The translations under genes were made by a program, and so were the position numbers. A stretch of DNA of 64,000 bases from Tubiluchus corallicola (taxonomy: Eukaryota; Animalia; Priapulida). The DNA is taken from positions 186,001 through 250,000 of the forward strand of contig JAQGDQ010000265.1 in the NCBI GenBank assembly GCA_030141605.1, written 5' to 3'. Positions 55,601 to 64,000 of the stretch are shown in pieces. The notes below the pieces were generated by a model that ran no database searches, was not told the DNA's origin, and saw only the letters and a list, made by a program, of their open reading frames with translations. The first letter of the stretch is position 1. Every line of letters starts with the position of its first letter.

Positions 55601-56833
55601 TTGTCAACCCGTGTTAAGTACATTAAAACAAACTTTTATTATGCGGCCAGGATGTATTGCAAGATTGTACATAACCTATCAGTTTCCTAAAAGGAAATTA
55701 GGTAACGGAAATAGAGTTGGGCTTATTCCAACGGCACCATTCAGACTAAAGAGTTTTCTCTCTGTGAACGGATTTGCGAGTTCTCTCAGCAAGTTATTGC
55801 AAACTCTCAGAGAGTAGACAAACTCTATTCATTGTGAGAACTCTAGAGAGAAAACTCTCTAGTCTGAATGCAGTGTACTGTAAGTATAAAGATCAATTTG
55901 TGTATTTCATGCTATCCATGTAATAAACTAGCAATCTAAGCGAAAAATATTTTTACTTGTTCGGTTGATTTCCTAATGTTTTCTGTGTAAAATATCATTG
56001 TAATGCATTGTATGCTTGTGGTAAATCTAATAAATTCTAAAATTATAAATGTTAATTTTTGTAGCCCATTGCAAGTGAATCAGCAAAAAAGAAGAAGGGA
56101 AAACCCCTAGAGGTGAGTTGTCTTGTTTGGTTTCATACAAGTTCTTCAATCATCCTATTAGTAATGTGGTGAGTATTACCATCGGCCAAGAGTGCATTAC
56201 TCGTGAGCAACATCAGCTCCTGAGCAGATAGGATTATAACTTCTGAATAATGACACATGATTAAGATAGATGAATTCTGACATTAACCTTCTCAATTATG
56301 AGAATAACAATATGAAGAAATTGAAAACTCTCGAGCAACTGTTATGCATGGAGAGAGACTACTAGCCCGCAGAGTGAATAGTACTTCAAAAGTGTGTCAC
56401 TCATAAACAATTAAATGCAGTTTTTGCATTGTGCAATTCAGTACCTATGCTTGCTATACAATTTGCTTGAATCTAGCAATCTGTCTTTGCCATTGCATAG
56501 CATTTAAATCTATGCTTGCGAGTAAAAGAAGCATAAATCAGACATACTAGCAACTTGCAAACATATCTAGTCAGACACGTACACGCATGTTGTAGTTCAT
56601 GAAGTATTTGATGTAAACTTATGTGCGTAATTTCGAGCTTACGGCTACAAAATTTTTTCTTTTTTGGTGGAATTTGCACAGAAATAGCTAGAGTTCCATT
56701 TGTGTTTAAAATAGACCTATTTTCTTGCACATTTTCAGCTTCACCTGATTTTTCAAAGCATTAAATTTTTCTATTATAGAGTAGTCCTAGCAAGAAAACA
56801 TCTAAGGCTGGTGCTAAGAAAGGAAAAAAGTAA
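40139..56833 (+). CDS. Nucleoplasmin-like (NPL-domain) histone chaperone with acidic tracts and Lys-rich tail, 278 aa, 11 exons
   Basis: Exons 40139-40169, 41444-41562, 42638-42760, 43691-43781, 47353-47486, 49330-49368, 50216-50314, 51819-51865, 54355-54406, 56065-56112, 56780-56833; total 837 nt, all GT-AG. Core: MSRFSKEHFWGCLL..HSLYVKQAVLGAGAKPGQRNLVEVET..FRLVEGDGPVHLSGCH. Bipartite-NLS-like KRKAANAQQGKKAK. Confidence 0.9.
40175..40739. mobile_element. hAT-like non-autonomous element inserted at position +6 of nucleoplasmin intron 1
   Basis: Imperfect TIRs CAGAGCTGCCAAC / CAGGCCTACCAAC. 6-bp direct repeat GGTAAG at 40169-40174 and 40740-40745. The empty-site sequence is preserved in the duplicate at 40835-40930. 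Confidence 0.75.
40835..40930 (+). pseudogene. Decayed duplicate of nucleoplasmin-like exon 1 plus flanks
   Basis: ttatataagctggacgcaatctgtccaaatttagcaaagaacatttttcgggttaa vs ttatataaactagacacaagatgtccagatttagcaaagaacatttttggggtaag. ATG has become CTG and TGG has become TCG. Confidence 0.85.
43080..43470. mobile_element. Helentron/DINE-1-like non-autonomous repeat fragment
   Basis: aactag start, tgaccttgacc motifs, and a block catgacctgggc..cacttttttaaaaatacttggtacata that resembles ~50835-50890. Confidence 0.4.
43894..46310 (+). mobile_element. Degenerate RTE-clade LINE with internally deleted RT, in nucleoplasmin intron 4
   Basis: APE motifs DITGVQETH, QIDYIIVR, SDHRLV. RT N-terminus ENLRPIILLSL. 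C-terminus YNSEMW..RLRWVGHLMR..RPPGNPKTTW. (AAG)n tail. 8-bp TSD ACTTTGGG at 43886-43893 and 46311-46318. Confidence 0.9.
49453..49576. repeat. Inverted repeat: 51-bp arms (3 mismatches) around a (TA)n loop
   Basis: Left arm 49453-49503, right arm 49526-49576. Confidence 0.9.
49607..49659. repeat. Interrupted (TA)n microsatellite
   Basis: Directly visible TA run. Confidence 0.85.
49768..50172 (-). mobile_element. pogo/Tc2-type deletion derivative carrying a transposase C-terminal fragment
   Basis: Same TIRs and TA TSD as 39102-39556. Internal minus-strand peptide WVLKAWNGVKPEVIIKSFKKCGISNAMDGTED plus an acidic tail is typical of pogo-family (DDE_1) C-termini. Confidence 0.9.
50671..51624. 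mobile_element. Non-autonomous element with terminal hairpin (Helentron/DINE-1-like or Kolobok-like), apparently nested in a Tigger-like remnant (~50550-51700)
   Basis: TAAGATTCTGCAT at the left end, hairpin TAAGATTCTGC-tatat-GCAGAATCTTA at the right end, TTAA at both ends, internal repeated cccacttttcgaaaaa blocks. Confidence 0.55.
54418..55429. mobile_element. Degenerate Tigger-like element beside the nucleoplasmin exon 9 donor
   Basis: TA-CAGT..ACTG-TA ends with repeated ttata(a/g)cgag subterminal motifs. Confidence 0.45.
55733..55876. mobile_element. Short fold-back MITE (PIF/Harbinger-like)
   Basis: 26-bp inverted arms CATTCAGACTA(A/G)AGAGTTTTCTCTCT. Confidence 0.65.
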
Positions 56834-57174
56834 ACGAAGAGACAGCTGGCTTCCACCATTTCCATTTTGCTTTCTATGGGCATAAATACTCAGTACTGCT
56901 ATATATAAACCGGTGATCATTTCTGTTTCACTCCTTTTTGTTACGGTTACCAATATCTAGTGCCAATAACGATATGTAGGCACAACCAATAACAACAATT
57001 AAGATTGAAAATTTACGTAACTCGGCAATTTATATTTATAAAGGTTATAAAAGCAATCATTTTTGAAATTTAGTTTTGTTTATTTTTGGAAATAAGAGAA
57101 CTGGTACGTGGATAATGGTATGTAGTTACAATAGTCATATCTTAAGGTTCTACAGTTCTCCTTTTCCTGATGTT

Positions 57175-57440
57175 ATTACAATGTTTAATCAAGAGATAAT
57201 TGTTTCATTTTGTAAGGTAATATAAGCACCAATTTAACGTTATTTTATATAACTTTATACCATTTAATATCACGTAACTTGTAACTTTCGAAATATTATA
57301 TTGACATTACAATGTTTAATCAAGAGATAATTGTTTCATTTTGTAAGGTAATATAAGCACCAATTTAACGTTATTTTGATATATCCTTATACTTTTTAAT
57401 ATCACGTAACTTGTAACTTTCAAAATATTATGTTGACGTT
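57175..57440. repeat. 131-bp tandem duplication downstream of the nucleoplasmin-like stop (likely 3' UTR)
   Basis: attacaatgtttaatcaagagataattg starts at 57175 and again at 57306. The first ~70 nt are identical. Confidence 0.92.
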
Positions 57441-58001
57441 ATAAAGTTTTTTTGATGAGCATATTAAATAACAGTTGTTATTGCATTTTGTTTTTTCTAG
57501 CATTAGAAGACTAAACTGCTCTTCGATTTGTTCTATATCAAGAACTATTTTTGTTGCCCTATACAATTTACATAAGCATGTACAATATTCTATAGTACAT
57601 AGGTCCTTACATGGATACATATTCATACAAGAAAAAAAGTTTTCATATGTTAAAACTTTACAAATTAAAAATATTGATTAAATGCAAAATGAATGATGGG
57701 AAACATAAGTATTACAGATGCTTTTCGGAATACTCAACATAAACTACTCCCACAAAATTAATCTTCGTGATTTAAAATTTTGCTATTATATCTCGTCATT
57801 TTGTACGAGTGTTGAAAGGCATGGGTATATACAAGATCACTGTTTGAAACCTCTGCAGTTCTTTATATATAAAAATGTTACTTGGAATACAATTTTGCGA
57901 GTGGTAGGAATTGTGTGAGTATACCTCACTGCAGTCAGATTAATGTTCAAATAAAGAAAAGTGCAGTGCAGGCATGCATTTGTCTATGTTTACTGTTGTT
58001 G

Positions 58002-59350
58002 CTATGGACTGAATAACTGGAGGGTAGCAGATGCAAGAAGAATTGCAGTGGCAGAATGACATTGGTCGATTAGGTAAAGACGTATTGGACGCGATGAGAA
58101 CACATAGTGAGGCAATGCCAAGCACATTACCATAATAGCCAGCAACGACGACATGGTAAGACTTCCTCTTAATGTGTCTATTTGCAACACACCCCTGTAA
58201 TAGAAAATGAACACCTTACAAGCAGATCAGCTTTTTTGCCTTAGATTATTTTGAGAAGTTTTGAGAAACATTAACAGTTCCAGGCAAAAAAGCAATAAAT
58301 GTGATCAATCACAACTCTAATTCAAACAATTAACACAGTAGCAACGGTGGTTCGTCATCTGGCCCCTGTACCCTTTACATGATACGGAAGTCACTACCCT
58401 CTGCCTGCCCCATGTTCTAAGGTTGTTCAAGTTTTTATTGAAAACTTTGACCCATGCACTGTTTTATCTTGTTAGAATGTTATCCCTGCTTTCCAAGATT
58501 GTCTGATTCTATATTAATACATTCTAGATTTACTTGAGTATCTTTATGGGACGTGGATCTTAATAGCAATGCTGATGTATTTTGAAACTGGATAAAAATA
58601 GTTTTTAATGAACCTGTGATAGTCAGTAGCGTGATGTCTTGTACATTATGTATACTGTGAAGATCATATTCAAATAAATTGATTCTACTAGTCTATGATG
58701 CCAAATTCACCCCTTCAAAAGCTAAAATTCCTCTTGGGGAATTCCCCTTCGGTTGAGAACCACTGCATTATGGCCACATGATTTGACTGTATTTTAGCTT
58801 AAAGGTAAATTTTGTGCCTCTCCAATAAAATTCAAGCATTAGTTTTTTGAGTGTGATACAGCAGAGTGACATATAGTGCGTAGTGTACATATAGCCACTT
58901 AAAATTTTCTTAAGTTAAATTTTTAGCATGACAACACTAATTCTGTCATTAAGTAGTCGTGTCAAGTGATGTCTTTGGGAAACATAGCAGTTTTGCAAAA
59001 TAAAATAATACTGACTTGCCACAAAAAGTTTAAAATAGGATGCAATTCTTTTGGTGATGATTAGCAATTAGTATACATCTTTACATACCAGTGACCAATG
59101 AATTGTCAACTGTACTTTGATTATGTATATACTAGTAGCGTGGTTACCTGACGATATACTTCAGGACAAGAATCCAGATGGCACTACAAATGCTTGTGAT
59201 GATGAAAGGGCCACTGAAATTCTTGCCCACCTCACTACTGGACTTTCCTGGGTAGACGAGCCGAAGCCAGATGTTGCCAAATAGAAGAGGTGAGTACCAT
59301 AGCATTCCGACAGCAGTAACAGTAAGCCAGGTTAATACTATATCCAACAT
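58002..59350 (-). CDS. DUF1761-like small multi-pass membrane protein, 131 aa, 2 coding exons
   Basis: Exons 59350-59148 (gccATG; ag|gtaacc) and 58194-58002 (ttacag|) join in frame (396 nt). Motif VGMLWYSPLLFGNIW and C-terminal HYVFSSRPIRLYLID match my recollection of DUF1761. An acceptor at 59372 implies an upstream 5' UTR exon. Confidence 0.75.
58345..58765. mobile_element. hAT/Charlie-like remnant in the DUF1761-like intron
   Basis: Canonical right end GGTTGAGAACCACTG, degenerate left end CGGTGGTTCGTCA. No clear TSD. Confidence 0.45.
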
Positions 59351-59396
59351 GGCTGGACCATAAATTATTGTCCTGCAAAACATTTTAAGCAGATAT

Positions 59397-60716
59397 TTTT
59401 GTTAAGTCCCCTGACTTTAGTCAGTAAGAGAGAACCTATTGTCATCATGCGGCGTCTGTCGAGTGTTGTCCACAATTGACTTAATTTTCTATAATTAGCC
59501 AAAACCTTTTGTCTCAAGTCATAGACTTTTGGTGTGCAGTAACCTTGGCATAAGATGCATGTCGTGTGTCAAAATGAATGAGCTAGTGTTAAAAGGTCAC
59601 GACCCAAAGGATCATGAATGCTCAAGTTATGTGGGATTTTGCCCGTTTTGCTAAAATTCTACGCGATGCATGCGGTAAACAAAATGTTCTTATAGCAATT
59701 TGGACACTAGATTGTATGACTTTTCAAAAGTCCTGCTGTTGCTATGGTGTACAAGGTCTTAATTTGGCAGTTGCTAGGGTGTAAACATGACCATTTCTTC
59801 CAAAACAGATATACATATTCTTTGACAGTTTTGAGACCAAACTGATGCAATATACAGAAAACATTGTAATGCTAGAATTTTTGACACTGCCAAAGTTTTG
59901 GCCCACCGGGGTCACCTTGTGGAAACTGGAATTGTACATTATAATTAGGTGCTGCCATCTATGGGCTAATCCTGTTACATTCTACAAGCTGACTTACCCT
60001 GAGTATAATTGATGGTCCAGCAAATGCATACACACTGCTCCTCTCCCTATTTTAAAGTAATGGTTGTTGTGAAGCCTGTATTCCAGATTTTTTATTCCTA
60101 TTCATACTTCTGTGCCTAAACTCAATCATAACAAAGTGAGTGAACAAGAACTTCAAAATGACTTTCACACACCTAAAGGTCATCTACAGCGAATCTCTCA
60201 GACATAATGTGTAATATATCAAATTAAAGCTTAGGGCGAGATGGGTTTGACACTGCCACTTTTTGGCCCAGCTGGGATCACCTAAAGGGCACCTACAGGG
60301 AATGTGCCAAATATATTGTGTAAGATATTCTAATAACGCTTATGCCGAGGCAGTTGACACATGGTTCATTAAAACATTAACAAATGACTTAGTTTTCTTT
60401 ATTTTGCCGAAACCTTTTGTCCTTCGTCTTAGATTTTTGATGTGCAGAGTAACCTTTGCATAAAATGCATGTCAAACTGAATGTCAAAATTTTGGGCCAT
60501 CTGGGGTCACCCAAAGGGCATCTAAAAGGAATGTCGCAAACAACTATTATAATAATTATAGCAAATTAAAGCTTACAGCGAGGTGTGTTCTCAAGGTTCA
60601 TGAAAAAGTCAGAGGTCAGTGGAAGAGCATCGCAACGAAAATGCTAAGGTCACAGGAATGAATTGTCACGGATTCCCGTGATTGAATTCTACTCTACAGC
60701 ATTGCAAACTAGTTTA
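59397..60716. mobile_element. Helentron/DINE-1-like element with internal repeated blocks
   Basis: T-rich start, small hairpin CTGAC-ttta-GTCAG followed by cgtctgtcg, three copies of cacc(t/c)aaagg(g/t)ca(t/c)cta (~60170, 60278, 60508), ctagttt end. Confidence 0.5.
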
Positions 60717-62503
60717 TTCCGGTTCTATAACCTTTGCAAATTTATCTAGAGTCATTCAATTAGGTTAACCTTGAATTATTCATACGGGCTTCATTCCGAA
60801 GCTATAAATTCCTTCGTCACCATTGTACAGGTGAGCATTTGACGCTTGCTTTTCCTACAAGCAGACGTTAAATGGTCCGCCTAATTCGTTAGGCTAATTT
60901 TTTTCCCCTTTCTTCAATAGTTTTTTTTATGGTTATGTGCTGATGTGTATCTATAATTAAGTTTACTGCTGTTATAAGTAGTAACTATGTAATTGCGACA
61001 AATCTTGTGAATTGAATAAATTTTATTTGGGTGGCCACTCCTTTTAAACCAATGGTTATGAAGTTTTTGTTAAGAGTCAAAATTTAGTCTAAATTATATG
61101 TTTCAGTAACAGCAAACCATTCTAATTATCAACTCGTAGACTTAAGCGTTATGCACCTTTCTCTATAAAAAATATACTAGACTATATACACTTCCACGTA
61201 ATTGTTTAATTAAGAACCAGGACGACGTCTCTCCCACAAAACTTCATGAAAAATTTTTGAGCTTTTTTCACATGAATATTCCTTTTCAAAAAATAATTGG
61301 TTTTTGAACTCACATTATTGTTTACTAATTCACTCATGCACTTACTTAGTCCGATAGTTACTTTTGTTCTCACAGCAATAATAACAAGAACTTCAAATGA
61401 GTGTACATTTCACTGCTATTTGCTGACCTGTGTGTTTTCTGTAATGCGGTTTTATGACTTTTCTGTATTATTAGAGTATGTACAATAGAATTAATTTCAC
61501 TTCAGAACTTCTTAGAGTCTCGTTATATCAATTTAACGACTTACAGAAACCATTATAATGTAACAATTCTTGACACTGCAAAATTTTGCACTATGCAGGG
61601 TCACCACCATTTTACATAATATTGTACAATTTTTCTTCAGGGGTCCTACACCGTCATTGGCAGTCTGGTTTCAATTATCATACTGTACATTAAATTTAAT
61701 TTTTTAAAATTTTCAATGCTGTGCTTCATGATGTGCTCATAGTGTTGTTGCATGTTTTTGTAACATGATAATATGAATTAAATAACTTGGGACTTATTAT
61801 TCATCTTATTCGACCGAGGACTGCACGGACCGCAAGCTTGGTATAAGCCTTATATATCATGAAGAAACAGTTTACGAGGTGTTTGTCCGAAATTAGAGTT
61901 ACATTTTAACAAATCAACATTGGTCTAAATGCACAAATTAGCAAAAATGATACTTGGCTTACTCCACTTTCTAAGTAACTTTGTTTTGTGCAACAGTAGA
62001 CATTTTGACCAATGGCATGCCTGGATTAATCTTTTAACCTGTTAGTGTTACATGGCAAATATGCTTGAGTAGTCATACTGCTGTTGAAAAAACCATGCAA
62101 TAGAAGTCTTTTATCACTATTATGCTGTAAAATTGTATTGTGTATCTTCCATTTTAGCCAATCAGCAGTGTAAATTTTTTCCTAATATTGAACAGTAATA
62201 CAATTTAGTAACAATAGTAACTTTTAATTAGTTAACAACCTTTCCGTACACAAACTAAGTTCAATAAACACGGACAAAGTTTGTTCCTAATTTTCTAGCA
62301 TCATTTTTAGCTCATTTTCTACTTGTTACAATACGTTCAAGCATGGGAGAGATTCAACTAATGTTAATGTATCTTTACACAGTTATTGATTATCTTATTT
62401 TTACTTGAGTTATAGGGCACTCGTTCGACTATTATTTCAACTATTGATAATTGGTTCTGCTGCTTTAAACCAGTGTTCAACTACTGCTAGGTACCTACAA
62501 ATA

Positions 62504-62728
62504 CAGGATGTTTGGAAAGTCACTGTGACTTTTTCAATCGTGTTTTTTGCATTTCCGCTTTTGATCCAAACAAAATAAGAAGGATTCAAGCCTGTATTAA
62601 TGCCAACGGGAGTCACTTTTGACATTGTTTATAATTGTCATTCATATTCACCTCGTGTATTCTATATTAAAACATGTCTGTTAATAAATATTTTAAGTGC
62701 ACAGTGACTTTGCTTTCCGAACACCCTG
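62504..62728. mobile_element. Tc1/mariner-like MITE
   Basis: TIRs CAGG(A/G)TGTT(T/C)GGAAAG..TCACTGTG with TA on both sides. Confidence 0.75.
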
Positions 62729-64000
62729 TAGATTTCTTAGATTTTGATTTGTATTTCACATATTTGCGCTTGCTTGCCAATTTGTAAAAAGATTAAGTGT
62801 CTTGAACTCTACTGTTGACATTCAAAACTGATTTATTAATTGGTGGATGATTGTTTTTTAATTGCTACATTGGCTTTTTTTGTTCTTCTTTTAATTTTGC
62901 ATGTTACAGTCTTTGGGTCTACATTCAACTAAATATAAAACCAAGTTACCAAATATTTAGCTTTCTTTCTGTAATATACATTAAATTGGATCGCTCTATA
63001 TTAATTTATTAAGCTCGCGAAGCTGCGTTGTGCGACACGTAACTTCCAGTGACAGCGAGAACATTAAATCTACATCAAATTACATGCTTGCTAACTTACC
63101 TGTGTGCTGTATCGAACTGAAATCGCACGTGACGAAACAAAAACCTAAAGTCAGCAAAAGCTATGTGAAAAGATTAAAACCCAGTGAAATGGTGTAGCAG
63201 TTCCAGACATAGCAAATTAATAACTCAAGTTCAAAGAATGGCACAAGGCCACACACTACGTGTAGTTACGACGGTTGTCTTTTATACAGATAGCGGCGTG
63301 AGATCCAACAACTAATGCCAATGCGCAATGCCAAAGGGTTATAGAAGTCCAGAAAAGTAGCTGGAGCTCTTATAACTAAGTTAGATAGCAATGATGGAAA
63401 GTAATTGTTAAAAACGGGCAACAGGAAAAGCAGCATCAAGACGAATATCCCAATAGACACGAATAAGTGTCTTTGTCCTTTGTCCCTAGAGAAAACCTCA
63501 AAAGACACAGGACGAATTATCCCCAAGAGAGAGAGTGTCCCCGCTCTCTTCATGTTGTCACTAGCCCATCACTTAATACGCTCAATGTCAAATTGGATCA
63601 GTATTGGAGAAGATTTTGCTATATTCTTCCGCCAAGTGCGCCAAAGAGAAGAAAATGCCTGAAGAGGTCCTCTACTTTCCTGAAGTTATTCGTGTTAGAT
63701 CCAACTGGGAGCAGAAGCCTACCTGGATACTGCCTCATAAGAAACAATTTAAGAAGGATATCACTGACAAAGATGCCTCAGAAGAGCAGGAAAATCAAAG
63801 AGGCCAGAGACGCTAATTAGTCGCTCTTTAGCACTATCTCATAAACTGTGTAAATAGAAAATACCGAGGATTTGGCTCTATTTATAGCTGGACCCTTTTT
63901 TCAAGTAAAATTAAGAGCTGGTTCAGTACAACGAACACCCCAGCTTCGGGTTGGCAAGCACACTATTGCTTAAAGAGACTTGGAAACCTCCACTTCCTTA

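Noticed and set aside
26842-56779. Intronic snoRNAs, often hosted by CCT and nucleolar-protein genes
   Set aside because: No convincing C/D box pair with correct spacing and terminal stem found by eye (the candidate near 30200-30248 is too short). H/ACA RNAs cannot be excluded without an Rfam/Infernal scan.

Overview
AT-rich, intron-rich animal genomic DNA, probably invertebrate (taxon not determinable from the sequence). Five protein-coding genes were reconstructed by hand with frame-consistent splice sites. (1) The 3' part of mTOR (+, 32 exons, 562-19290). (2) A complete 12-exon CCT7/TCP1-eta (-, 39617-21109), tail-to-tail with mTOR. (3) An intronless orphan class A GPCR (+, 23550-24740), nested antisense in the last CCT7 intron, which has a non-canonical GC donor. 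(4) An 11-exon nucleoplasmin-like histone chaperone (+, 40139-56833), head-to-head with CCT7 across a ~520-bp E-box-containing spacer. (5) A 131-aa DUF1761-like membrane protein (-, 59350-58002), from a family known mainly from bacteria and fungi but here containing an intron. The introns hold many transposon remnants (RTE and CR1 LINEs, tRNA-derived SINEs, pogo/Tc2, hAT, Harbinger-like, mariner-like and Helentron-like elements). There are also two decayed exon duplicates, a transposon whose target-site duplication copied a splice donor, and a (TA)n-centred palindrome. Family assignments come from motif recognition only; no database search was run.
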